A stretch of DNA of 63,981 nucleotides, counting the filler, from Candidatus Woesearchaeota archaeon (lineage in GTDB: Archaea; Nanobdellota; Nanobdellia; Woesearchaeales; WJIZ01), in assembly GCA_018221205.1 (NCBI GenBank). It is 7 parts of 7 records of this genome, joined end to end, with 100 filler letters (N's around TTAATTAATTAA, not from the genome) between each part and the next. Parts side by side here need not be neighbours in the genome. Positions count along the whole stretch, not along the records: positions 15,235 to 30,637 come from JAAOYF010000051.1; 6 more parts are not named here. The stretch is one strand, 5' to 3'. Below, piece after piece: positions 19,442-28,593 of this stretch. The translations under genes were made by a program, and so were the position numbers. The notes below the pieces were generated by a model. The model saw only the letters and a program-made list of their open reading frames with translations, ran no database searches and had not been told where the DNA came from. The first letter of the stretch is position 1, and each line of letters opens with the position of its first letter.

Positions 19442-19455
19442 TTTTATTATTCTTT

Positions 19456-20148
19456 TTATTTTAATAATATAGTGTTTAATATACCAAAATTTGCTATGAG
19501 ATTAAGACTTTCTGTAAATATCAGAATTCCGATTAATACGAGAATCACTCCAAAGACAATCTGGAAATATTTGAGGAATTTCGCATATTTCTGAATCCAT
19601 TTCAAGCTTTGTGCAGTGAAGATACCTATCAAGAGGAAAGGAATGCCTAATCCTAGTGAATATGACAGTAATAAGAGGAAGCTTGAGCCTGGCTGGGAAG
19701 CTGCCAAAGCCAGAACTGATCCTAAGACAGCCCCCACACAAGGAGTCCAGCCTACAGCAAAAGCCACTCCGAATAAGAATGAAGTGAGGTAGGAGGGCTG
19801 CATCCTAATTCTTAATTTGCGCTCTTTTTCTAGGAACGGCAGCTTAAGAAGGCCTGTCAGGAATAATCCAAATGCTATGATAATGATTCCAGCTATTCGT
19901 GAAAGCCATGTCTGGACTGTATAAGAGACATTTACCAAGACTGTATTGAGCAATACTCCTAAAATGCTGAAGACCAGAGAAAAGCCCAATACATACATGA
20001 CGGTATTGATGAATATCTTCATGCGGTTTTTTCCAACTGATGTCCCTGAGAGATAAGCGAGAAAGGCTGGAATCAACGGCAGGACGCAAGGACTAAGAAA
20101 TGAGACAATGCCTGCGAGAAATGCTGCAACGATGGTTATTGTGGCCAT
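19456..20148 (-). CDS. ccdA: CcdA/DsbD-type membrane disulfide reductase
   Basis: SFLSPCVLPL and GWTPCVG motifs; six TM helices. Confidence 0.88.
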   Translation of the reverse strand: MATITIVAAFLAGIVSFLSPCVLPLIPAFLAYLSGTSVGKNRMKIFINTVMYVLGFSLVFSILGVLLNTVLVNVSYTVQTWLSRIAGIIIIAFGLFLTGLLKLPFLEKERKLRIRMQPSYLTSFLFGVAFAVGWTPCVGAVLGSVLALAASQPGSSFLLLLSYSLGLGIPFLLIGIFTAQSLKWIQKYAKFLKYFQIVFGVILVLIGILIFTESLNLIANFGILNTILLK

Positions 20149-20149
20149 A

Positions 20150-20425
20150 TCATCTCCATGTTATGATGTTGAGGATGATGAATGCTGCTGTCTGTAAAAG
20201 GCTGAAAATCATCACATAATTGGATATGCCCTCTGCATATAACATCATACTGGTTACGGCGAAATAGAAGGAGAAGATGTTCTGGATGAGGAACAGGAGA
20301 GCAAACAGGATCAATCCAAGGGTAAAGAGAGATTTTACCTTCTTGAAGTTCTTCACATAGACGATGAGCAATGACACTACCAACAGTATGTTTATGCCGG
20401 TCACGATAGTGGAAAGATTTACCAT
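20150..20425 (-). CDS. Small three-TM membrane protein
   Basis: Hydrophobic 91-aa ORF coupled to ccdA. Confidence 0.7.
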   Translation of the reverse strand: MVNLSTIVTGINILLVVSLLIVYVKNFKKVKSLFTLGLILFALLFLIQNIFSFYFAVTSMMLYAEGISNYVMIFSLLQTAAFIILNIITWR

Positions 20426-20478
20426 GTTCCATCTTAACTTTCAATCCTTTATTTATTTATCGGAAAAAATAAAAAAAA

Positions 20479-20760
20479 TTAACCGCTCCAAATTGCAGTA
20501 TAATCAGAGTCCTGGGGTGAGGAATGTTCCCCTGCTGGAGAGCCGGCGCCATTGCCGTTTGTGGCATGTACTGGGACGCTCACCTCTGGACCGATTATTG
20601 TGAAATCGTTATCTGCGATCTGCACTGCATTAGGATTCTTCTCGCCTGCTTCTGAGTCTTTATTGAATACTGGGCAGACAAATCCATCGGTCTTCTCAAC
20701 AGCAGCTGCGAAAGCAGATATCATCAATGCTGTCAATACTAAAATTACTGGTACCTTCAT
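20479..20760 (-). CDS. Small secreted protein
   Basis: GGAGGTGA RBS and signal peptide. Confidence 0.7.
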   Translation of the reverse strand: MKVPVILVLTALMISAFAAAVEKTDGFVCPVFNKDSEAGEKNPNAVQIADNDFTIIGPEVSVPVHATNGNGAGSPAGEHSSPQDSDYTAIWSG

Positions 20761-20822
20761 AGTTTCACCTCCTTGAGTCATTCATCTTCTGTGGCAGAAG
20801 GAGTATTAATAGTTACGCCAGA

Positions 20823-21095
20823 TTATCTCCCAATTTTCTCCCAAATCTCTTTCAAGAAGGGTTCTATTTCTGGTGCCAAGAAGTAGACATCCCCGTAAGA
20901 TCCTTTCTTCACGATGTGGAGGAGATTGTTCTTCTCCAGAATCTTCAGATGGTGCTGTATGGTCTTATAGTCTAATTTGAGTGATTTTGCTAATTGATGC
21001 GCATTCTTCGGCTTTTCTTCCAGAGATCTGAGCAGGTTAACTCTTGTCATCCCTCCCCTGGTTCCGGCAAGGAGATACCATAATATATACTTCAT
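20823..21095 (-). CDS. ArsR-like winged-helix regulator
   Basis: LLAGTRGG, NAHQLAKSLKLDYKTIQHHL and YG..YF; real start probably ATG 21095. Confidence 0.8.
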   Translation of the reverse strand: MKYILWYLLAGTRGGMTRVNLLRSLEEKPKNAHQLAKSLKLDYKTIQHHLKILEKNNLLHIVKKGSYGDVYFLAPEIEPFLKEIWEKIGR

Positions 21096-21168
21096 AAACC
21101 TGTCTAAAGAAGGTTTTTTATATACTTTTCTCGTAAGAATTATATAGGACCCCTTCTTGGTATTGATT

Positions 21169-21642
21169 ATGGACATTCCAGGGCAAAACGAACTGCAGAA
21201 AGATATCTCTAAGATGAATCCTGATAATAATGCAAGATCTCGGATCATCATCACTTCGTTGATTGTCTTTGTGGTGGTGCTGTTCAGTTCGGTGCTGCTT
21301 TTCCAGGAAGGGGTGGAAAGAAGTTTCATCTTAGGGACGTGCAGCGTTAGTGGAGTTACGGGATGTCATATTGTGATGACAGGAAATGAAGCTGTCATTG
21401 AACTTGAAAGCGAGGAGTATTTCATCAAGGAGCTGAAAGCAGAAGGCTGTACCACTGAGCTTATCGAAGGGAAGAAAGCTACATTGAGGAATTGTTCGAT
21501 ATCTTCTGTGTATAATAAATTAGATATCAGCGCTGAGCTGGAGCATCCTGTCTCTACACTCGTACATAAAGAGGAAGGGAATATCTTTGCATTCTATGAG
21601 ACCACTAAGGTAAAAGAGTTCTTCAAGCCGTTGCTCGGATAG
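21169..21642 (+). CDS. Hypothetical membrane-anchored protein
   Basis: One TM helix followed by a Cys-containing domain. Confidence 0.6.
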   Translation: MDIPGQNELQKDISKMNPDNNARSRIIITSLIVFVVVLFSSVLLFQEGVERSFILGTCSVSGVTGCHIVMTGNEAVIELESEEYFIKELKAEGCTTELIEGKKATLRNCSISSVYNKLDISAELEHPVSTLVHKEEGNIFAFYETTKVKEFFKPLLG

Positions 21643-21680
21643 GAAATGCTTATAAATAGCCATTTACTTTCTTTCATCAT

Positions 21681-21781
21681 AGCGGGGTAGGGCAGCCAGG
21701 AGTGCCCGGAGGGCTCATAACCCTCAGGTCAGTGGAAGCAGATGGAGAGGCTGCTGCTGAATTCAAATCCACTCCCCGCTA
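21681..21781 (+). tRNA. Initiator tRNA-Met(CAT) with a 26-nt non-canonical intron at 53/54 (21736-21761)
   Basis: AGCGGGG/CCCCGCT acceptor with A1-U72, three G-C pairs in the anticodon stem, CAT at 21716-21718. BHB has a CAGT/GCTG helix with GG^A and AA^T bulges. Confidence 0.93.
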
Positions 21782-22501
21782 TTATCCTCTCCATTTCTTG
21801 ATTTTATTAAGGTGCTTTGGCGAATCAAACCCTATAAGATCGAGCCATTGCTGCAAGTTTTTTTGGCCATTTAATTCAATTCGATTAATCGTCGTGAACC
21901 CTCTCTCTATACGTTTATCCTTAACATTGTAATCGTAAATTTCAACAATAGAAAAACCCCATTTTTTGAGGAGAACCGAAACTTGCATAATAAGCATTTT
22001 ACTTTTGGATGAAAGGGTAATAACAGGATAATATGGCACTTTTCTATACTTCTTCTTAAATGAAATGCACCCATCAGTATCAAAAATTCCCTTTACTACA
22101 GATTTCGTGAATCTTTTGTTTTCAATAAATATATGAGGAATGTGAAGATTCAACCCCTTTTTACCTTCCCATAGGTTAAGTGTGTTCGTGAGGAAAATGT
22201 ATAAAGATTTTGAATATAAACGGAAACCATAAGTAGTCGAATTATCATGATATCTCATATTTGGTGAAATGCCAAAAAGATCTTTAACAATTGGATTCAA
22301 AATTTCATCATAAAACTGCATTTCGTCTTTTGGATTCCCTACACATTTTATTGAATACTCATTCTTGTAAGGACGGTACTGGATATTCCCATCACCGATT
22401 AAAATTCCGATGAAATAGGCCAGCTTAGTTGATAATGTAGATGGTAGAATGATTCCTCTTTGTTTATCTTTGTTGCTTAGAGGGTAAATTCTCAATTCCA
22501 T
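21782..22501 (-). CDS. Free-standing two-motif LAGLIDADG endonuclease
   Basis: LAYFIGILIGDG and VVKGIFDTDG; AT-rich; stop codon abuts the tRNA discriminator base. Confidence 0.9.
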   Translation of the reverse strand: MELRIYPLSNKDKQRGIILPSTLSTKLAYFIGILIGDGNIQYRPYKNEYSIKCVGNPKDEMQFYDEILNPIVKDLFGISPNMRYHDNSTTYGFRLYSKSLYIFLTNTLNLWEGKKGLNLHIPHIFIENKRFTKSVVKGIFDTDGCISFKKKYRKVPYYPVITLSSKSKMLIMQVSVLLKKWGFSIVEIYDYNVKDKRIERGFTTINRIELNGQKNLQQWLDLIGFDSPKHLNKIKKWRG

Positions 22502-22531
22502 TTTTTCTATCTAATGAGAAAGATGGAATTG
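22493..22531 (-). promoter_or_regulatory. Hairpin occluding the LAGLIDADG start codon
   Basis: CAATTCCAT/ATGGAATTG 9-bp stem includes the ATG; TATA-like TTTAAATA lies just upstream. Confidence 0.6.
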
Positions 22532-22558
22532 TATTTAAATTTACCCGTATAGACAAAG

Positions 22559-22579
22559 TTCAAATCCACTCCCCACTAT
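22559..22579 (+). repeat. Degenerate duplicate of the tRNA-iMet 3' exon
   Basis: TTCAAATCCACTCCCCACTAT versus 21762-21782 TTCAAATCCACTCCCCGCTAT (20/21). Confidence 0.9.
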
Positions 22580-22628
22580 CTTTTTTTGTATGAAAAGATT
22601 TTTTAATATCTTAATCTTTCTTTTTCGA

Positions 22629-23531
22629 ATGAGGGGAATTGTTGTTTTTCTCGCTTCGATGCTTATTCTTTCAGGGTGTGAACTAATGGATATCTTTGAT
22701 GTTGAGGTTGACTTGAAAGCGCAGGAAGCTATTGATAAGAAAGATCCTGCTTTATGTGAAGAAATCGAAGATGAGCGAGATGCCCGGGATACTGTAAGAA
22801 GAAGGGATAATTGTTATGTGAAAGTTGCTGCTGGCTTGAAAGACCTGAAAATATGTGATAATCTCGTTGAGCAAGATAAGAATGCTCAGGAGTGCAAACA
22901 GGGTGTAGCAGTAGCAAAAGAAGACATCAAGCTGTGTAAGGAGTTAGAAGGAAGCCGAGTAAGAAATTGTATCACAGACATTGCAGTGAATCAGAAAAAA
23001 ATGCATACTTGCCATGAGTTAGAAACAGATTCAGACAAATATAGTTGTTATCATGATGTGGGGATCGCCAAGGAATCTGTGGATATATGTGAACAAATCC
23101 ACCCAAGTGCAAGCCATAGTAGAAACGATTGTTTCAATCAAATTGCTGTAAAGAAGAACGATGAAACCATCTGTAATAGTATCGGGCAAGAATCTCTTGC
23201 AGATAGGTGTAGGACATCTATTGCCTTAAAGAAGAATGATGAAACCATCTGTGAGGGAAACAGTTTCAAGAATTTCTGCTGGATGCAGATGGCAGCAAAA
23301 CAGCAGGATTTTTCGTTATGCCTTCGTATGAAAGATGATTATGATGGCCAGGATAATTGTCTCGGCCAGGTTGCCGTCCTTAAAAGTGAAGTTTCGATCT
23401 GTAAGAAAATTGATGAGCCAGAAAGAGAATATGATTGCATAGCTTTCATAGCAGAGAATATGAAGAATCCATCCTTATGTGAGGGCCTTCCAGCAGATGC
23501 GAAAAAAGAATGTATTGAAGACGCATCATAA
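22629..23531 (+). CDS. Cys-rich repeat lipoprotein
   Basis: Lipobox LILSGC; about 10 repeats of roughly 25 aa with paired Cys (D..IC..I....RD.C). Confidence 0.8.
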   Translation: MRGIVVFLASMLILSGCELMDIFDVEVDLKAQEAIDKKDPALCEEIEDERDARDTVRRRDNCYVKVAAGLKDLKICDNLVEQDKNAQECKQGVAVAKEDIKLCKELEGSRVRNCITDIAVNQKKMHTCHELETDSDKYSCYHDVGIAKESVDICEQIHPSASHSRNDCFNQIAVKKNDETICNSIGQESLADRCRTSIALKKNDETICEGNSFKNFCWMQMAAKQQDFSLCLRMKDDYDGQDNCLGQVAVLKSEVSICKKIDEPEREYDCIAFIAENMKNPSLCEGLPADAKKECIEDAS

Positions 23532-23563
23532 CATTTAATAACCACTTCTCTTTTTATTGATTT

Positions 23564-24205
23564 ATGATAGTCGGTATTGACGAAGCAGGACGCGGCCCTG
23601 TTATTGGTCCACTTGTCATGGCTGGAGTCCTTATTGAGGATGATGATAAGCTTCGGAAGCTTGGAGTGAAGGATTCTAAAGAATTAACTGGGCTGCAACG
23701 TGAAAGGCTTTATGATGAGATCATCAAAGTTGTTGATAAGTACAAAATCACTATTGTTTCTCCTCAGGAGATCGATGATAGCTTGAAGAGCAAGACTTCT
23801 AACCTCAATTGGCTTGAGGCTGATCAAAGCATCCTTATCCTGAATGAATTGAAGCCGGATCTGGCCTACATTGACTGTCCTTCTAATAATATAGGGCAGT
23901 ATACTAAGTATATTGAAGCTAAACTGAAGAAGAAGATGAAGCTTGTTGTTGAGCATGGTGCTGATGCAACCTATGCTGTTGCTTCTGCTGCCTCTATACT
24001 AGCCAAAGTGACCCGGGACAGGGAGATCGAAAAGATCAAAGCTAAAATTAAGATGAATTTTGGGTCTGGGTATCCAAGCGATCCTTTGACGCAGGGCTTT
24101 CTAGCTAAACATTACAAAGATTTTCCTGATATTTTTAGGAAAACGTGGAAGAGCTATCAGAATGTTGTTGAAGGGAAACAGCAGAAGAGATTGGGAGAGT
24201 TCTAG
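23564..24205 (+). CDS. rnhB: Ribonuclease HII
   Basis: GIDEAGRGPVIGPL, DSK, AASILAKV and GSGYPSDP motifs. Confidence 0.96.
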   Translation: MIVGIDEAGRGPVIGPLVMAGVLIEDDDKLRKLGVKDSKELTGLQRERLYDEIIKVVDKYKITIVSPQEIDDSLKSKTSNLNWLEADQSILILNELKPDLAYIDCPSNNIGQYTKYIEAKLKKKMKLVVEHGADATYAVASAASILAKVTRDREIEKIKAKIKMNFGSGYPSDPLTQGFLAKHYKDFPDIFRKTWKSYQNVVEGKQQKRLGEF

Positions 24206-24264
24206 CGAAATCTTTATATATGATAAGACTTTCTACGTACTTTTATAAGACTTTTAAAAGTACT

Positions 24265-24423
24265 ATGAAAGAGATTGTATTCAATGATAAAGTTCTGCAG
24301 AAAGAGCATAGGGTGAAGATCCCTCAGCCTATTGTTGATTCGTTAAACTTAAAAGAGGGTGATTCTATCACGATCATCTTAGATACCGAGAAGGAGCATA
24401 TCGTAATCAAGAAAAAAAGATGA
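24265..24423 (+). CDS. AbrB/MazE/SpoVT-like small DNA-binding protein
   Basis: RVKIPQPIVDSLNLKEGD; ATGA overlap with smc. Confidence 0.7.
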   Translation: MKEIVFNDKVLQKEHRVKIPQPIVDSLNLKEGDSITIILDTEKEHIVIKKKR

Positions 24424-27400
24424 CACGCATAAACAGATTAGTGTTGCATGGATTCAAGAGCTTTGCTAAATATACTGATCTTGAGTTTGGATCCAGGTTC
24501 AACTGCGTTCTTGGTCCTAATGGCTCTGGGAAGAGCAATATTCTCGATGCACTCTGCTTTGTCCTGGGTAAAACAAGCTCTAAATCACTGCGGGCTGAGA
24601 AATCTGCCAACCTGATCTATAATGGCGGGAAAGCCAAGAAGCCTTCGAAAAGGGGGGAAGTGAGCATCTTCTTCGACAATAAGCAGAAGACCTTTCCGAC
24701 CGAAGAGACGGAAGTGAAAGTAACCAGGATAATCAAGGATAACGGACAGAGCATCTACAAGATCAATGACCAAACGAGAACGAGGCAGCAGATTGTCGAT
24801 CTGATGGGGATAGCGAAGATAGATCCGGATGGATATAATATCATCCTTCAGGGAGATATTGTCAGATTCTGTGAGATGTCTGCCAATGATCGCAGGTTGC
24901 TGATCGAGGAGATCTCCGGCATTTCGGTCTATGAGGAGAAGAAGCATAAAGCCATCGGCCAACTGAGTAAAGTCGAGGAACGGCTGAAAGAAGCTGAGAT
25001 CATCCTTTCTGAGCGGAAGACGTACCTGAAAGAATTGAAGAAAGACCGGGATCAAGCGCTTAAATTCAAGGATATGACAGAGAATATCAGGAAGTATAAG
25101 GCCAGCCTGATCAAGCTGAACATGGACAAGAAAGAGAAAGACCTTAATGAGGTAAAAGAGAGGATGGGAAAGCATTCCTCTTCTATTGAGGGCAGCCTGA
25201 AGAAAGTCGAGACATTCAAGCAGGATATTGTGAACCTTAAAGCTGAGATCGAGAAGATCACCAAAGAGATTGAGCAGAAAGGGGAAACAGACCAGGTCAA
25301 TCTGAACAGAGAAATAGAGGAGCTAAAGATCGAGATGACGAAGAAGGGCTCACGGGTCGATACCCTTGCCAGCGAGATAATAAAACTGGATCAGCGCGAA
25401 AAGGACCTTGAAAAAGGCCTAAATGAAATCAAAGAGAAGATAGCCAGCCTTGAGAAGGATAAGGAGAAATTTGATTCTTCCCGGAAAGAGAAGGGGAAGC
25501 AGCAGGAAGAGCTGAAAGAGAAAGTAGCACAATTCAAGGAGAAACATAATATCGAGGTTGCTGGTGAGATCGAGAAAAGAATAGATGAGATTGATGAGCA
25601 GAGTGAAGAGTTGGCCAAGGACATCAATGTCCAAAGAGAAAAGCAGCATCATTTTTTCAGAGAGAAAGATAAAGTCGAGCATGAATTGGGCACGATCAAA
25701 GCTGCAATCGATAAAGTCTCTGAAATTGAGAAAGAACATAAGAAACAGCTTGATGATCTCAAGAAAAAAAGGGAAGAATTCAAGCAGACAACATTAGAGT
25801 TGAACAAATTGCTTGATGAAGACAGCAATCTTGGAGCAAAGGTCAGAGATGCCCGGGAAAGAGTAGAGCAGGCGCATGAAAAACTGGCAAAATTACGCTC
25901 AAAGCAGACCACCATCAAAGAATTCTCTCTCGGAGACAATGCTGTCAAGGCAGTCTTGAATAACAAAGAACAGGGAGTATATGGAACAGTTGCTGATCTG
26001 GGCAAGGTCAGCGCGAAATTCTCATTGGCTCTTGAAGTAGCAGCTGGGTCTCGCATGAAAAGCGTTGTTGTGGAGAATGATAAGATAGCGGCTGACCAGA
26101 TCAATTATCTGCGGAAGAATAGATTGGGAGTAGCTACTTTTTTACCATTGAATAAGATCAAGGCGAAAAAGAGCAGTGACAATCTGAAAAAATTGAAGGA
26201 TGCTGATGGGGTGCATGGATTAGCTGCTGAACTTGTGAGTTATGATGCTAAGTTTAAAGATATCTTTTCTTATGTCTTCGGAGATGTCCTTGTTGTGGAT
26301 ACTCTCGATGTTGCTCGAAGATTGGGCATAGGCAAAGCAAGATATGTCAGCCTGGATGGAGATCTAGCTGATATTTCTGGAAGAATGGTTGGTGGTTATC
26401 GGGATAAGAAGCGTAAAGGAATGGGCTTTTCAGTAGCGGAAGTCGATAAGGAGATCGAGGATCATGAGAGGACTGTTGCCAGCAATGAGAATAACCTTTC
26501 TAGTTTCCAGTCCCGGAGAGCAGATATCGATGAGAAGATAACCGGATTGCGCACTAAGAAAGGGGAATTGGAAGGAGATATCATCAAGAATGAGAAAGCA
26601 TTGCACCTTGAAGGAGGAGATCTTGCCTTATCACGGAAGAAAGAGGAGGATCTAGAGCAGCAAAACAAACAATTGGAAGATGATATCAACAAGATCCAAG
26701 ATACTATCGCTGAGAAGAATAAGGGATTGGCCAGCATCAAAACTGAGAAGCAGAAATTACGGAGTGAGATCTCTCAATTACGCAGTCCTACCTTATTAGC
26801 GGAGCTTTCTACGTATGAAGAGAAGATACGGGAATTGAGCCAGGAGATCGCAACCCTTAATGGTGAGATCAAGAACATCGATATCCAACATAAAGATATC
26901 TTCCAGCCAGAGATTGAAAAAACGAACACTATCGTGAAGCAGATCGAGAAAGACCGGAAGCAGTTCGTTTTGGAGATGGAGGATCTCAGGACGAAACTGA
27001 ACAAGGAAGACAAGATCCTGAAGGAAAGAGAGAAAGAAGCAAAAGAGTTTTACACGAAATTCAAGGAGTTATTCTCGAAACGGTCTGTTGTCAATGATGA
27101 TATCACCAAGAAAGAGCATGAAATATCCAGGATACAGGAGAAATCACGGGAAGTTGAGATCAAAAATAACACCCTCTCCATCAAGAATGCTGAATTAAGC
27201 GCTGAAATGTCTGGATTGAAAGAAGAGTTTTCCCAATATGAAGGGGTTGCCCTGGATATGGAGAAGAATGATGAGCAGCTCAAGTATCAGATCTCGAGAT
27301 TCGAGAAGATGAAGGAGCAGATCGGCACGGTCAATATGCGGGCTCTGGAAATCTATGAAGAGATCGAGAAGGAATATAACAGACTGACCACCAAAAAGGA

Positions 27401-27911
27401 TACCCTGGCCCAGGAGAAAGCGGATGTCGAAGAATTGATGAATGAGATTGAGGGAAAGAAAAAGGATTTATTTATGAAGACCTATGATTCTATCAACAAG
27501 GAGTTCCAGAAGATATTTTCCTCGCTCTCTAAGAAAGGGGAGGCTTCTCTTGAGTTAGAAAATAAAGAGGATCCTTTTGCTGAGGGTGTCAGGATAAAAG
27601 TCAAAATAACCGGACAGCGCTTCTTGGATATCCGCTCATTATCTGGTGGAGAAAAGACTATGACTGCTTTGGCCTTTATCTTCGCTATCCAGGAGCATGA
27701 TCCTGCCAGCTTCTATATCCTGGATGAGGTCGATGCTGCTCTCGACAAGCATAATTCAGAGAAACTATCCAAATTGATACAGGAGTATTGCGAGCATGCC
27801 CAATACATACTGATCACCCATAATGATGGCATTATCTCGGAAGCTGACACGCTCTATGGAGTCTCGATGGACGAGCATGGCATGAGCAAAGTGGTGAGCC
27901 TAAAGATCTGA
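24420..27911 (+). CDS. smc: Chromosome segregation protein SMC
   Basis: GFKSF, GPNGSGKSN, hinge region, LSGGEK, LDEVDAALD and ITH motifs. Confidence 0.97.
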   Translation: MTRINRLVLHGFKSFAKYTDLEFGSRFNCVLGPNGSGKSNILDALCFVLGKTSSKSLRAEKSANLIYNGGKAKKPSKRGEVSIFFDNKQKTFPTEETEVKVTRIIKDNGQSIYKINDQTRTRQQIVDLMGIAKIDPDGYNIILQGDIVRFCEMSANDRRLLIEEISGISVYEEKKHKAIGQLSKVEERLKEAEIILSERKTYLKELKKDRDQALKFKDMTENIRKYKASLIKLNMDKKEKDLNEVKERMGKHSSSIEGSLKKVETFKQDIVNLKAEIEKITKEIEQKGETDQVNLNREIEELKIEMTKKGSRVDTLASEIIKLDQREKDLEKGLNEIKEKIASLEKDKEKFDSSRKEKGKQQEELKEKVAQFKEKHNIEVAGEIEKRIDEIDEQSEELAKDINVQREKQHHFFREKDKVEHELGTIKAAIDKVSEIEKEHKKQLDDLKKKREEFKQTTLELNKLLDEDSNLGAKVRDARERVEQAHEKLAKLRSKQTTIKEFSLGDNAVKAVLNNKEQGVYGTVADLGKVSAKFSLALEVAAGSRMKSVVVENDKIAADQINYLRKNRLGVATFLPLNKIKAKKSSDNLKKLKDADGVHGLAAELVSYDAKFKDIFSYVFGDVLVVDTLDVARRLGIGKARYVSLDGDLADISGRMVGGYRDKKRKGMGFSVAEVDKEIEDHERTVASNENNLSSFQSRRADIDEKITGLRTKKGELEGDIIKNEKALHLEGGDLALSRKKEEDLEQQNKQLEDDINKIQDTIAEKNKGLASIKTEKQKLRSEISQLRSPTLLAELSTYEEKIRELSQEIATLNGEIKNIDIQHKDIFQPEIEKTNTIVKQIEKDRKQFVLEMEDLRTKLNKEDKILKEREKEAKEFYTKFKELFSKRSVVNDDITKKEHEISRIQEKSREVEIKNNTLSIKNAELSAEMSGLKEEFSQYEGVALDMEKNDEQLKYQISRFEKMKEQIGTVNMRALEIYEEIEKEYNRLTTKKDTLAQEKADVEELMNEIEGKKKDLFMKTYDSINKEFQKIFSSLSKKGEASLELENKEDPFAEGVRIKVKITGQRFLDIRSLSGGEKTMTALAFIFAIQEHDPASFYILDEVDAALDKHNSEKLSKLIQEYCEHAQYILITHNDGIISEADTLYGVSMDEHGMSKVVSLKI

Positions 27912-27957
27912 TTCTTAGGTAGGAAAGATTTAAAAACTGAGAGCGTATAGTAAGAAC

Positions 27958-28593
27958 ATGGTTAAGGGGGATAAGAAAGTTCCTATCGTATGGGATGGGA
28001 TATTCTATAGTGTCCTTGTTGGTGCTATCGGATTCGGCCTGTACCAGATGCATGCGTATCTTGGAGGTGCATTGTTCCTTGTCGCTGCATTTATACTCTA
28101 CTTCTTCAGAGATCCCAATAGGATAAGTCCTAAAGATGGGGCCTTTGTCCTGTCTCCTGCAGACGGCAAGATAATCAAGGTGAAGAAAATCATCCATCCT
28201 ATTTTAGGAAAAGGAAAAGAGATCCTCATCAGGCTCTCATTGCTGGATGTGCATGTGAACAGGAGTCCGATCCAGGGAAAGCTCACTTCGGCTGCCTATG
28301 AAAAAGGAAAGAAATTCCCTGTGGTGTTCAAAAAGAGCCCTGAAGTGAATGAACGGAATTCCATGCTCTTGAAAGGGAGCATCGATGTTGAAGTTACGCA
28401 GATAGCAGGTATCATAGGAAGGCGTATAGTACAGTGGATCAATATCGGAGACAGTGTGAATGGCGGCGATAGGATCGGCATGATCAAGTTCGGGAGCATG
28501 ACTTCCTTATTTGTGCCTTCCAATGTGAAGGTCCAGGTCTCTCATGGGGATAGAGTAAAATCAGGTAAAACTATCTTGGGCATAATCGAATGA
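27958..28593 (+). CDS. psd: Phosphatidylserine/archaetidylserine decarboxylase
   Basis: FFRDP, SPADG, DVHVNRSP, NERN and KFGS motifs. Confidence 0.9.
   Translation: MVKGDKKVPIVWDGIFYSVLVGAIGFGLYQMHAYLGGALFLVAAFILYFFRDPNRISPKDGAFVLSPADGKIIKVKKIIHPILGKGKEILIRLSLLDVHVNRSPIQGKLTSAAYEKGKKFPVVFKKSPEVNERNSMLLKGSIDVEVTQIAGIIGRRIVQWINIGDSVNGGDRIGMIKFGSMTSLFVPSNVKVQVSHGDRVKSGKTILGIIE

Noticed and set aside
21736..22558. One giant nuclease-encoding tRNA intron
   Set aside because: No BHB forms with the distal 3' copy, which has an acceptor mismatch. The ORF is antisense and the proximal exon already completes the tRNA.
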